Shown here: positions 40,886 through 51,469 of the stretch, piece after piece
Layout: every line of letters begins with the position of its first letter
Numbering within the stretch: the first letter of the stretch is position 1
Source: Fervidobacterium sp.
Lineage (GTDB): Bacteria; Thermotogota; Thermotogae; Thermotogales; Fervidobacteriaceae
Length of the DNA: 64,000 nucleotides
Reading direction: 5' to 3'
NCBI GenBank assembly: GCA_049970055.1
Contig: JBMFNR010000002.1
Location: forward strand, 372,406 to 436,405
The notes under the pieces: generated by a model
What the model was told of the DNA's origin: nothing
The model's input: only the letters and a program-made list of their open reading frames with translations
Databases searched by the model: none
Program-made: the position numbers and the translations under genes

Positions 40886-42178
40886 ATGTGGAAAATTGTG
40901 ATGACAACGGTGGGTGAACTCGAGGCAAAGTTTTTTGAAAGTCTTTTAAAATCAAATAATATACCGGTCATTATTCAAAGGACCGATGTTTTTGTTCATC
41001 CAATTTTTGGCAGTAGTGTTGAGTGTGAAATACTTGTACCAGAAGAAAAATACATAGAAGCAATTGAACTTATCAAATGGGAGGGAAAGAACGTGAAGTA
41101 CACACCATTGTATGAAGACCATGTAAAGCTTGGTGCAAAAATTACAGAATTTGCAGGATATTACATGCCACTCCAATACGAAGGTATCGTAGCTGAGGTT
41201 CAAACAGTAAGAAAAGAAGTTGGAATGTTCGATGTTTCACACATGGGCGAGTTTATCTGCGAAGGACCAGACGCGGTAAAGTTTGCCGATTACGTCGTAA
41301 CAAACGATTTTGGATCCATAAACTTTGGTGACATTATCTATACAGCTATGTGTAATGAAAACGGTGGATTTGTGGATGATTTACTTGTTTACAAAATTGC
41401 ACCAGAAAAGGTTATGTTCGTTGTTAATTCATCAAATATAGAAAAAGATTTCAATCATTTGCTTAAACTCTTCAAGAATTTCAATGTTAAGTTGACAAAC
41501 ATTTCCGACGAAACGGGGTTAATTGCTGTACAAGGGCCAAAAACTCAAGAAAAATTGCAACCTCACACGAATCTAAACCTTGATGAGGTTGGCTATTATT
41601 CTTTTAAGGAAGGCGAAATATTTGGTATAAAAGGGATCATTTCCAGGACAGGTTACACTGGGGAAGATGGTTTTGAATTGTACCTTCCCGCGGACAAAAC
41701 AGCCATTGTATGGAGAAAATTACTTGAAATAGGTGTTAAGCCCGCAGGACTTGGTGCAAGAGATGTTTTGAGGCTTGAAGCGGGATTACTTTTGTACGGT
41801 AACGACATGGATGAAACAGTAACACCCCTTGAAGCATCTATACCTTGGGCTGTAAAATTTGAGAAAGGCGATTTTTATGGAAAGGAAGCCTTGCTAAAAC
41901 AAAAAGAAGAAGGGCTAAAGAGAAGGCTCAGGGGAATTATTCTCGATGGAAAATTAGTTCCAAGACACAATATGGAGGTTTACAGAGACGGTCAAAAAAT
42001 CGGGTATGTAACGAGTGGTACTTTTTCACCAACTTTGGAGAAACCTATAGCATTTGTTATGATCGATGCCGGTGTTAAAGTAAACGATAAGGTACAAGTT
42101 GCGATCAGAGACAAGATGGCTGATGCAACTGTTGTAAAAACACCATTCTACAGAGGTAGCGTTCGCTCAAGGAAATAG
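40886..42178 (+). CDS. gcvT: Glycine cleavage T protein with in-frame N-terminal DUF2007-like domain
   Basis: TPLYEDH, FDVSHMG, RTGYTGEDGFE, GLGARD.LRLEAG. The GcvT domain starts at GTG 41093. Confidence 0.92.
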   Translation: MWKIVMTTVGELEAKFFESLLKSNNIPVIIQRTDVFVHPIFGSSVECEILVPEEKYIEAIELIKWEGKNVKYTPLYEDHVKLGAKITEFAGYYMPLQYEGIVAEVQTVRKEVGMFDVSHMGEFICEGPDAVKFADYVVTNDFGSINFGDIIYTAMCNENGGFVDDLLVYKIAPEKVMFVVNSSNIEKDFNHLLKLFKNFNVKLTNISDETGLIAVQGPKTQEKLQPHTNLNLDEVGYYSFKEGEIFGIKGIISRTGYTGEDGFELYLPADKTAIVWRKLLEIGVKPAGLGARDVLRLEAGLLLYGNDMDETVTPLEASIPWAVKFEKGDFYGKEALLKQKEEGLKRRLRGIILDGKLVPRHNMEVYRDGQKIGYVTSGTFSPTLEKPIAFVMIDAGVKVNDKVQVAIRDKMADATVVKTPFYRGSVRSRK

Positions 42179-42205
42179 TTGATATTAAAGAGAGGGGTGA
42201 TCTTT

Positions 42206-43531
42206 GTGCATAGATATGTTCCTCACACACCAGAAGAAATAAATCGGATGCTTATGGAAATAGGTGTTAATAGTATAGATGATTTGTTTATCGATGTGCC
42301 AAAGACTATTGATGGTTATAACATTCCAGAAGGTAAAGATGAATTCACCGTTAGGAAAATTATTGAAAATATTGCTAAAGAAAATGTGGAATTCAATCCC
42401 GAGAATGTCTTTCTTGGGGCAGGAATATACTATCATTATATACCAACGGTGGTAAAGCATTTGGCCTCGAATCCAAACTTTGTCACTGCTTACACACCTT
42501 ATCAAGCGGAGGTTTCGCAAGGAACACTCCAGATGCTTTTTGAATACCAAACAATGATGTGCGAACTAACAGGAATGGAAGTATCTAATTCGTCGATGTA
42601 CGATGGTGCAAGCGCTTTTGCGGAAAGCTTGCTCATGGCAACACGTGTGACAGGAAAAACGAAAATGCTCGTTGCAAGGACGATAAATCCAGAGTACAAA
42701 ACCGTTGCAAGAACGTACACAAAACCTCAGGGGATAGAGATTTACGAGGTAGAATACGATAAAAGCGGGCGAGTTGATATTGGAAAATTAAAATCGATGA
42801 TAGATGAACAGACAGGGGCTGTTGCCGTTGCGTATCCGAACTTTTTTGGTGTTATTGAAGATTTAAAAGCCATTAGAGAAGTTATACCGTCAAATGTTTT
42901 GTTCATTGTTGTAGCCGAACCTGTATCTCTTGCTTTGCTTGAAGCCCCTGGGAAGTTCGGTGCAGATATTGTTGTCGGAGAAGGTCAATCGCTCGGTGTG
43001 ACCCCGAATCTTGGAGGGCCTGGAATAGGTTTCTTCACAACACTTGAAAAACATGTTAGAAAGATGCCAGGAAGAATTATAGGTGAAACAAAAGACTTGG
43101 AAGGAAAGAAAGGATACGTAATGATCCTTCAAACAAGAGAACAACATATTCGAAGAGAAAAGGCAACATCGAATATTTGTTCAAACCAAGCTTACATAGC
43201 TTTGATAAACGCGATTTACATGTCTGTAATGGGGCCTGAGGGTTTAAAAGAAGTTGCAAAAAGGTCGTACAACAACGCACATTATCTTGCTCGTAAACTT
43301 GAGGAAAAAGGTTTCACACGATTATTTGACGGAGAATTTTTCAATGAATTTGTTGTAAAGGTGCCTGAAAATTACCGGGGTAAGTGGCATGATATGGTAA
43401 AAGAAGGAATACTTGGCCCAATTCCGATAGATAGAGTTTACAAAGAACTTTGGCCAAGTGCGTTGGTATGCTCGACGGAAGTCAACACAAAAGCCTCCAT
43501 AGAAAGATTAGTTGAGGTGATGTCAAAATGA
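42206..43531 (+). CDS. gcvPA: Glycine dehydrogenase subunit 1
   Basis: [31 protein letters not shown]. Confidence 0.95.
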   Translation: MHRYVPHTPEEINRMLMEIGVNSIDDLFIDVPKTIDGYNIPEGKDEFTVRKIIENIAKENVEFNPENVFLGAGIYYHYIPTVVKHLASNPNFVTAYTPYQAEVSQGTLQMLFEYQTMMCELTGMEVSNSSMYDGASAFAESLLMATRVTGKTKMLVARTINPEYKTVARTYTKPQGIEIYEVEYDKSGRVDIGKLKSMIDEQTGAVAVAYPNFFGVIEDLKAIREVIPSNVLFIVVAEPVSLALLEAPGKFGADIVVGEGQSLGVTPNLGGPGIGFFTTLEKHVRKMPGRIIGETKDLEGKKGYVMILQTREQHIRREKATSNICSNQAYIALINAIYMSVMGPEGLKEVAKRSYNNAHYLARKLEEKGFTRLFDGEFFNEFVVKVPENYRGKWHDMVKEGILGPIPIDRVYKELWPSALVCSTEVNTKASIERLVEVMSK

Positions 43532-44964
43532 CAATATTTGAAAAATCAACAGTTGGTAGAAAAGGTTACGAATTACCAGAATATGATATTCCCGAGGTGG
43601 AATGTAGTATCCCAGGGCATCTGCTAAGAAAAGAGAAGCCATACCTTCCGGAAGTATCGGAAGTGGATGTCGTAAGGCATTACACAAACCTTGCTCTTAA
43701 AAACTACTCAGTTGACAAAGGGTTTTATCCACTGGGCTCTTGTACGATGAAGTACAATCCAAAAATCAACGAAGATATGGCATCACTGTTTACAAGATTA
43801 CATCCGATGCAACCAAAAGAGACGATCCAAGGTGCCATTAAACTTATGGGACATCTTAAGGAGCTTCTTTGTGAAATAACAGGTACCGATGATATGACAC
43901 TGCAGCCAGCAGCGGGTGCACATGGTGAATTGACAGGTTTGTTGATTGCAAGAGCGTACTTTGAAGATAAAGGGGAGCTAAGTAAAAGAAGAAAGCTACT
44001 CGTTCCAGATAGTGCGCATGGAACAAACCCGGCATCTGCGGCCATGGCAGGTTTTGAAGTGATAGAGCTAAAGTCAGGCCCAGATGGTTGCGTGAACCTT
44101 GATGAACTTAAAGCTCATCTTGATGAAAGCGTAGCGGTCATAATGCTTACGAATCCCAATACACTTGGTCTGTTTGAAAAAGACATACTTACGATCGCAA
44201 AACTTGCTCACGACGTTGGGGCCCTTCTTTACTACGATGGTGCAAACCTAAATGCTATTATGGGAAGAACAAGACCTGGGGATATGGGATTTGATATAGT
44301 TCATCTTAATTTACACAAGACATTCAGCACACCACATGGAATGGGTGGGCCGGGAAGTGGTCCAATAGGTGTTAAAAAGCATCTTGCTCAATTCCTGCCT
44401 GTACCCGTTATCAAGAAAAGCGGTGACAAATATGACCTTGATTATACCTTACCAAAGAGCATTGGCATGGTCAGAAGCTTTTATGGAAACTTTACCGTAA
44501 TGGTAAAAGCGTATACCTACATCCTTACAATGGGAAACAAAGGCTTGAAACATGTAAGTGATATGGCAGTATTGAATGCGAACTATTTAAGAGTTAAGTT
44601 ATCGAAGTTGTATAAAATAGCTTATGATGGAATATGTAAACATGAGTTTGTTATTGACAACGGAGAGTTCGCCAAAAAAACGGGTGTTAAAACACTTGAT
44701 ATTGCAAAAAGATTGCTAGATTATGGTCTACACGCACCAACGGTGTACTTTCCACTTATAGTTCACGAAGCAATGATGATCGAACCAACTGAAACAGAAA
44801 GCAAGCAAACACTTGATGAGTTTATAAAAGCTATGGAAGAGATCTATCAAGAAGCACTTGAAAATCCAGAGCTTGTTAAAGGAGCACCGTACACAACACC
44901 TGTCAGGCGCCTTGACGATGTAAACGCAACAAAATATCCAGTTTTCAGATTTAAAAGGGCATGA
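43528..44964 (+). CDS. gcvPB: Glycine dehydrogenase subunit 2
   Basis: [35 protein letters not shown]. Confidence 0.95.
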   Translation: MTIFEKSTVGRKGYELPEYDIPEVECSIPGHLLRKEKPYLPEVSEVDVVRHYTNLALKNYSVDKGFYPLGSCTMKYNPKINEDMASLFTRLHPMQPKETIQGAIKLMGHLKELLCEITGTDDMTLQPAAGAHGELTGLLIARAYFEDKGELSKRRKLLVPDSAHGTNPASAAMAGFEVIELKSGPDGCVNLDELKAHLDESVAVIMLTNPNTLGLFEKDILTIAKLAHDVGALLYYDGANLNAIMGRTRPGDMGFDIVHLNLHKTFSTPHGMGGPGSGPIGVKKHLAQFLPVPVIKKSGDKYDLDYTLPKSIGMVRSFYGNFTVMVKAYTYILTMGNKGLKHVSDMAVLNANYLRVKLSKLYKIAYDGICKHEFVIDNGEFAKKTGVKTLDIAKRLLDYGLHAPTVYFPLIVHEAMMIEPTETESKQTLDEFIKAMEEIYQEALENPELVKGAPYTTPVRRLDDVNATKYPVFRFKRA

Positions 44965-44979
44965 AATAGATAAGAAGGT

Positions 44980-46116
44980 GTGAACATGCATCCAACAGAT
45001 TTGATTGCTCCATCGAGAACTTTGGAAATAGATTCTCTTGCAAAAAAACTCATTTCAGAGGGCAAAGATGTGGTGAATTTAACTGCGGGTGAACCAGATT
45101 TTCCAACCCCAAGGCCAATTGTTGAAAAAGCGATAGAAGCACTTGAAATGGGATACACAAAATACACCGATAGTAATGGTATAATTTTGCTAAGGGAAGC
45201 CATATCGGATTATTTAAAAAAGAAAAAGAATATAGAGTATTCTCCCGACGAAATTGTCGTAAGTAACGGTGGCAAACAGGCGCTCTTTAATACATTTGCA
45301 GCTATACTTGACGAAGGTGACGAAGTAATACTCTTTGCACCATATTGGGTTAGCTATCCTGCCCAGATTATCATGGTAAGAGGTAAACCGGTAGTCGTAA
45401 GGACTTCTTTCGAAAGGCAGTTCATTCCAGCGGCTGAAGAACTACTTAGACATATTACGAAAAAAACCAAAGCGATTGTTATAAATTCGCCTAATAACCC
45501 ATCAGGTGGTGTATACGATAAAGAAACGTTGAAAGTAATAGGTGAGATTGCCAACGAGAAACACATATATGTTATAAGTGATGAAGTTTACGATGATTTA
45601 ATCTACGAGGGAAAGCATAATTCTATGTACGGACTAATTGATGAGGCACTATTAATATACATCAATGCATTCAGCAAATCGCACGCTATGACAGGTTGGA
45701 GAGTTGGTTACAGTGCCACAAAAAACAAAGAAATTAAAAAAAGAATATCTAAAATACAAAGCCATCTTACCTCCAATGTAAATACCATATCCCAACATGC
45801 GGCAATAAAGGCTTGTGAAACTGATAACACTTATATGATAGAGGAATTCAAAAAAAGGAGGGAATTTGTTGTTCAGAAAGCAAGAGAATTTGGATTTACG
45901 TTTATTGAACCCAAAGGTGCGTTTTACCTGTTCTTCAAGGTAAATGGAAGTGATGAAGAATTTTGTAAAAGGCTACTTTCGGAGCAGTTAGTAGCGGCGG
46001 TGCCTGGAAGTGCGTTCGACATGCCAGGATTTGTAAGGATAAGCTTTGCAACGAACATTGAAACACTCGAGAAGGGACTAAGAAGAATAAAAGAATTTAT
46101 GGAAACTTATAAATAA
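44980..46116 (+). CDS. aspC: Aspartate aminotransferase (class I/II PLP)
   Basis: GEPDF, NSPNNPSG, SDEVY, SKSHAMTGWRVG. Confidence 0.88.
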   Translation: MNMHPTDLIAPSRTLEIDSLAKKLISEGKDVVNLTAGEPDFPTPRPIVEKAIEALEMGYTKYTDSNGIILLREAISDYLKKKKNIEYSPDEIVVSNGGKQALFNTFAAILDEGDEVILFAPYWVSYPAQIIMVRGKPVVVRTSFERQFIPAAEELLRHITKKTKAIVINSPNNPSGGVYDKETLKVIGEIANEKHIYVISDEVYDDLIYEGKHNSMYGLIDEALLIYINAFSKSHAMTGWRVGYSATKNKEIKKRISKIQSHLTSNVNTISQHAAIKACETDNTYMIEEFKKRREFVVQKAREFGFTFIEPKGAFYLFFKVNGSDEEFCKRLLSEQLVAAVPGSAFDMPGFVRISFATNIETLEKGLRRIKEFMETYK

Positions 46117-46193
46117 GAGATCTTTCTTTTGAAAAATCACTGGCAGTGTTTTTTTTCAAAGAGTGCAGTATAATATGCCACTGTACACTTGAG

Positions 46194-46221
46194 AAATCCC
46201 CGAGCAAAGCTCGGGGATTTT
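46194..46221 (+). terminator. Rho-independent terminator
   Basis: aaatccccgagc-aaa-gctcggggatttt. Confidence 0.85.
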
Positions 46222-46279
46222 ATGTAGCATAGTGCAATAACTTTGCAGTATAGAATTTATCAAACTTGGGGGGATAGAA

Positions 46280-47689
46280 ATGTTTGAGGAGTTAAAATAA
46301 AGCGATTTTTATTTTGCTTTGCTTGTTTTTTTATTTTTCTTCTATTTTATTTCTTAGATCGTTTTCTCAAAGACCAGTAGTTATTTTGGACGTTCGTATC
46401 GAAACCCATGACGACATTCTTGCAGCTTTAGCAGAATCTTCTGTTTTTTCTGGGATCTTTGATTCCAGGCTATTTGAAGTGTCCCTCGAAAATGCCTTAA
46501 AGGTATTTTCCAAAGAAATCCAACTCCAAGATATCTTATCTACGATAAACCAAATTTTCTCAAAGCAAGTCAACCCTCAGGGAAAACTTAGCGTGTTCGT
46601 TCAAATTGGTAAGATCAATAACAAAGAGGAGTATATTGAGTAAGCTGAGAACAATATATCCGGAGATTACATTTTAACATACAACGGATATGTACAAGTT
46701 TACACGGGGATACGTTACAAACTTCAGTACGCAAATGGAAAAACAACGTATGTTCTTGATCGGGAGGGAGATTACGTAAAAGGGGTTGATGGTCAATATT
46801 ACCGTTCGACTAACTTTTACTCGAAAGTGCCACATAGAAATGTTCTTTACAGTATCGATTACAAAATTTCTTACTCATTAAATATCTATGACAAGAAAAT
46901 CGGCGGTGCTTTTTTTCGAGTTTCTCAAATTACCTTGTCCGTCATGGATACGATCCCTACAATAATAGGCTACTCAGAAAGGAAATTAGCACCAACGATT
47001 TTATATCAAAAATTGCAATGGACATTGCACTCAAGTTAAAAGAGGAGTTTAGAAAACAGTTCTCCTTTTTTGGCTCGGTCGGTATTGTTGATAGTGTTAA
47101 GTTTCCGAGATTAATAATAAACATCGGTGGAAATGACGGAGTAAAAATTAATGATAGTTACAAAGTATACGACGATAGCGTGCAAATTGCTGAAATAATT
47201 GTTCGGTAAGTTGGTTCGGATTACAGCGAGTGTGAAATTGTTTACATTGGAAAAGGCGCGGAGATAAAAGTAGGCGACATTGTAAAAATAAGTTCTCCTC
47301 ATTTTGTCTTTCCGATTGGTTTGCGATTAAATTTCTTCATGGATAGAAAACCCAATGTTGAAAGTATAGCTTTTGCCTTGGGCTTTTTAACAAAGGCTTA
47401 TAACGTACATCGCGAAATAACAAGTATGTTAGAATTTGCTGTAAGTTTTGATACTTCAAATTCTACGATCTTTCAAGTTAATTATTTATATAAAATTTTC
47501 GTAGAAAACAGCAATGGTTTGTACCTTTTAGGTGGAATTGATCTTTACCAAAAAGTAGATCAAAGAATCATTGAAGGGGAAGTCGGACTTTTGGCGAAAA
47601 TTGGATTTTTCAACATTAACTTTTCTCTTCCTTTGTATTCACTTACGTCGTTTAATTCATTTCGTGTGGGTGGTGGTTTCATATGGTAA
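46280..47689 (+). pseudogene. Disrupted envelope protein gene (FlgT-C-like domain, putative C-terminal beta-barrel)
   Basis: RBS+ATG at 46280 followed by an early frameshift; in-frame TAA at 46641 and 47207; frameshift near 46980-47018; ends FRVGGGFIW. Confidence 0.75.
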
Positions 47690-49301
47690 GAAAATTCATC
47701 TTCGTAATTTTAGCATTACTTTTCACAGCGTACTTTGGAGCAAATATCTACGTGCTGGTGGATAGGAATGTGAGTATTCCCAACGTTTCTGAATTTCTTT
47801 CAAAATTTGAAGATATATTTTCTAATGTACCACCAAACACTGTTAGAGTAGTCCAGATAATCGATTTTGAAAAAGAGACGTTCAATTATAAAAAGGCCGA
47901 GTTCGTTTACGACCCAAGTGGTTGATATCGATATTCAAAACTTTTTTGTAAAATCGCTAACACCAATTATCTCTTCGGGCGATAGCATGCAAGAAGTACT
48001 GGAAAACATTAAAAAGTTCCACTCGGAAACTCAAAATATATATAGTCCATACGAGGTAGGTGTTACTATTTTGTTTGACGAAAAATTTAATAAACTCCAA
48101 AGAATGTATATCTTAAAAGCTTTGCAAAAAGATACCAGGTACAATATCTACGACAGACTTTATCTGGATGAATTATTCAAAACCATCCGCTTAGAAGACA
48201 TACTCGGTAAAGGAGTTTCAGTTCAGTTTCAGAAACGACGTAAACGGGCATTACATTTCCATCAATAACAAGCCATTTCGTGTTGAAGTTGGTAAATATT
48301 ATTCGTACAATTCGAAGACAAATAGTTACGTGTTTGGTATGGAGAAAGGTTACTATGTGAAATATTTTGGAGGTTCATGGGGAAAAAGTACCTACACATT
48401 TCAATCAACTTTTTACGATTACGTTTTCTCAAATGTAGATTATATAGACATTTACATCTCGTTTTTGACAAAAGTATACGATACGCAAAATGGTACACTC
48501 GTTGACGCTAAGAACATTGCAAATTTTCACACCAGAGCATTAAAAGAGCTAGAGGATGCATTTGGGTCGGAATCCGTGAATTCCGAATATCTCGCAAAAA
48601 TTTTTGCGTACGAACGTAATTCTAATGAAGTTCAGAAGAATTTGCAGAAACTTTTCCCACCGTCATCTTTTATATCAAGCGTAGATGGTGACAAAGTAAC
48701 ACTTATATCTGGTGTAAATATTGGTGTTAAGGAAGGGTATAAATTTCGAGTAATCAGCGATGGCTACACGGCAGGTTTTATAAACATAGAGGAAATTTCC
48801 ACCGAGAGCTCCGTTGGAAAAATCTTTTATTTGATACCATATGAAAAAATAAATCCATATACAATTGCCGTGGAGGCTCAAAACTTCCCACAAAATTTTG
48901 GGGGCATCCTTCATCTTTACATATACCAAAGCGGTACCGGAGTATCTTTTGGATACGTAGGTTTCGATATTTACGGTAATTACACACTGGGAATTTCACT
49001 TGGACATTTTAAGGAAACATTCAAAGATAGAATAGAAAGCGCGGAGAGTACCGAAGGCTTTTACTTTGAAATTAACAAAATGATTACCCAAAACATTAGC
49101 TACTTTGTGAAATTAGTTGCATTATCAGATTCGTATTACTTCTCAACAGGTTTTCGCTTGTCTTCATACAATAGAGACAGCGTATTCTCATTTCGAGGTA
49201 TTTATCCTTACATAGAGATCAATGCAAATTTCATAATCCATGGTGCAAGTATTCTCAATAATCTTCCAATTCTGATCATAGGATTAGAAGCAAGCTTTTA
49301 A
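47683..49301 (+). pseudogene. Disrupted paralogous envelope protein gene (CsgG/FlgT-like)
   Basis: Signal peptide at 47683; frame breaks near 47915 and 48235; contains YNIYDRLYLDELF and SGVNIGVKEGYKFRV; ends GLEASF. Confidence 0.72.
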
Positions 49302-49304
49302 TTA

Positions 49305-49332
49305 TTGACAAATATTTCACAAGGAGTATAAT
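49305..49332 (+). promoter_or_regulatory. Sigma70-type promoter with overlapping Rex-like operator
   Basis: TTGACA-16 nt-TATAAT; TTGACAAatatTTCACAA at 49305-49322. Confidence 0.7.
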
Positions 49333-49387
49333 AGATTTGATAAAGGTAGACAAAGCATGTCTATATTTTAAAAGGAGGGAAAATGCA

Positions 49388-50731
49388 ATGAAAAAGTACG
49401 ATGTTATAGTGATTGGTGGGAGTGCAGCAGGATTGGTAGCTTCAATTACCGGAAAGAGTGCTTATCCAGAGAAGAGTTTTCTGACGATAAGAAAAGATAA
49501 AAAAGCGGTTGTTCCGTGTGGAATTCCGTACATATTCCATGAGCTTGATAGTGTGGAGAAAGACTACATGCCGGACGACATGTTCCAAAAACTTGGGATT
49601 GAGCTTCTCATTGACGAAGTTGTGAAAATTGATAAAGAAAACAAAAAAGTCATAACCAAATCCGGCCAAGAGTTTGGATATGAAAAACTCGTTATAGCAA
49701 CAGGTTCAAGACCAAATATTCCAAAAATTCCAGGAGTTGAGCTTGAAAATGTCTTTACAGTACCGAAGAGTGGTGAATACCTTGGTGAAATGAGAAATAA
49801 AATCTCCAACGTTCAAGATGTTGTTATTATTGGTGCGGGGTTTATCGGTGTTGAGGTTGCCGAGCAGCTTGTCAAAGATGGAAAGAACGTGTATCTTATC
49901 GAGATCATGCAACACATCCTTCCAAAAGCGTTTGACGAGGATGTAGCAAGATTTGCAGCCGAAGAACTGGAGAAGATGGGTGTTAAAATATTGACCAATA
50001 GTAAAGTTTCGGAGATATTTGGAAATGGAAAAGTTGAAGGTGTTAAGCTTGAAAGTGGAGAGAGTATTAAAGCTCAGGCCGTTATACTTGCGGCTGGATA
50101 CGTACCAAACACGGAACTTGCAGTTGAATCTGGAATAGAGTTAAATAAATATAAAATGATACGTGTAGACTCTTACATGAGAGTTGTCGATGACCAAGAT
50201 ATCTTTGCTGTCGGGGATTGTGCACAAAAAGTTGATTTTATAACAAGAAGAAGTGTACCTATAATGCTTGCTTCGACGGCTGTAACTGAAGCAAGGATAG
50301 CCGCGATGAACTTATTTGAGCTTTCAACGGTTAGAGAATTTCTCGGTACAATAGCGGTTTTCTCAACAAAAATTGGCAACAAGGCGTTTGGTTCTGCAGG
50401 ACTCATTGAAGAAGAGGCAGAGAAAAATGGATTTGAGATCGTCACAGGCTACTTCGAAGCAGTTGATAAGCATCCAGGCACTCTTCCAAATGCCAACAAG
50501 CAAGCAGTAAAATTAATAGTGTCAAAAGAGTGTGGTACGATACTTGGTGGTGAAGTCTTTGGCGGAGACACAGCAGGAGAAATAATAAATGTTATTGGAA
50601 TGGCTATACAAAAGCATATGACTGTAGCAGAACTCTATACACTACAAATAGGTACACACCCACTCCTAACATCAGCGCCGACAGTATATCCGCTCATAAA
50701 AGCTGCCGAGCAAATACTCTTTAAAAGATAA
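49388..50731 (+). CDS. FAD-dependent NAD(P)H oxidase / CoA-disulfide-reductase family
   Basis: GGSAAG, PCGIPY redox Cys, ATGS, GAGFIG.E, FAVGD. Confidence 0.9.
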   Translation: MKKYDVIVIGGSAAGLVASITGKSAYPEKSFLTIRKDKKAVVPCGIPYIFHELDSVEKDYMPDDMFQKLGIELLIDEVVKIDKENKKVITKSGQEFGYEKLVIATGSRPNIPKIPGVELENVFTVPKSGEYLGEMRNKISNVQDVVIIGAGFIGVEVAEQLVKDGKNVYLIEIMQHILPKAFDEDVARFAAEELEKMGVKILTNSKVSEIFGNGKVEGVKLESGESIKAQAVILAAGYVPNTELAVESGIELNKYKMIRVDSYMRVVDDQDIFAVGDCAQKVDFITRRSVPIMLASTAVTEARIAAMNLFELSTVREFLGTIAVFSTKIGNKAFGSAGLIEEEAEKNGFEIVTGYFEAVDKHPGTLPNANKQAVKLIVSKECGTILGGEVFGGDTAGEIINVIGMAIQKHMTVAELYTLQIGTHPLLTSAPTVYPLIKAAEQILFKR

Positions 50732-50757
50732 CGGATAAATCAGTACAAAATCAATAC

Positions 50758-50780
50758 AAAGGCCCCCTTTTGGGGGCTTT
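50758..50780. terminator. Bidirectional terminator
   Basis: aaaggccccc-tttt-gggggcttt between convergent genes. Confidence 0.8.
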
Positions 50781-50795
50781 ATTATTTTTTCCTTA

Positions 50796-51347
50796 TCATT
50801 TCTTATTTTTTACTCTACTATAATAATCCAAACTCCATAATCCTTTTTCTTCACTTATTGCCTCCCTTTGAAATTTAACAAAGTAGTGTGCGTATTTTAC
50901 ATTTGGTGGGACAGTCATAACTTGTGCATAACCTTCAAGAAGAAGAATAGCATTAAACATCTTCTCTCTAATTTCCTCTTCGGAAAGTTCATTTGGTTTT
51001 TCTAACCACACGTACGCAAGCAACCTCCCGTATCTATCCTTTGTTTCAGCATCGAATTCAAGCCAAACGCTTTTTCCCGTAAGCATCTCTGTTGTGAATC
51101 TTTTTGCTTCTTTCCCGTAAGGCTCTACTCCTTTCGTTGGATGGTTTGTTTCCGGTGTGTTAATTCCGATCAATCTGACAGTGTACTCTTTCGCATTTAT
51201 CTGTACTTTTATTGTATCACCATCAACAACACGCGTAACATAAGCTTTTTGAAAGTTATCTTTTGATAAAAACATTAGTATTGCGAGTATTACAAAAGTT
51301 GTAACTATGCTAATCAAATGCTTCTCCTTTTTTCTCAACGATCTCAT
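50796..51347 (-). CDS. Thermonuclease (SNase) family, membrane-anchored
   Basis: VVDGDT, VRLIGINTPET, DRYGRLLAYV, GLW. Confidence 0.93.
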   Translation of the reverse strand: MRSLRKKEKHLISIVTTFVILAILMFLSKDNFQKAYVTRVVDGDTIKVQINAKEYTVRLIGINTPETNHPTKGVEPYGKEAKRFTTEMLTGKSVWLEFDAETKDRYGRLLAYVWLEKPNELSEEEIREKMFNAILLLEGYAQVMTVPPNVKYAHYFVKFQREAISEEKGLWSLDYYSRVKNKK

Positions 51348-51469
51348 CCCTCAAATAGACTTTTTCGATCCTTAGAATTTTTATCATCAGCAATTTTACC
51401 TTTCAACAACAAAAATAGAAAAGTGAAGGCCATTACCCGTCATTCCCCCCTTAGTACTTCAAAAGCTAT

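Noticed and set aside
46641..47209. Possible programmed readthrough of in-frame stops
   Set aside because: The stops are TAA rather than TGA/TAG and come with frameshifts, which favours pseudogenisation over Sec/Pyl recoding.
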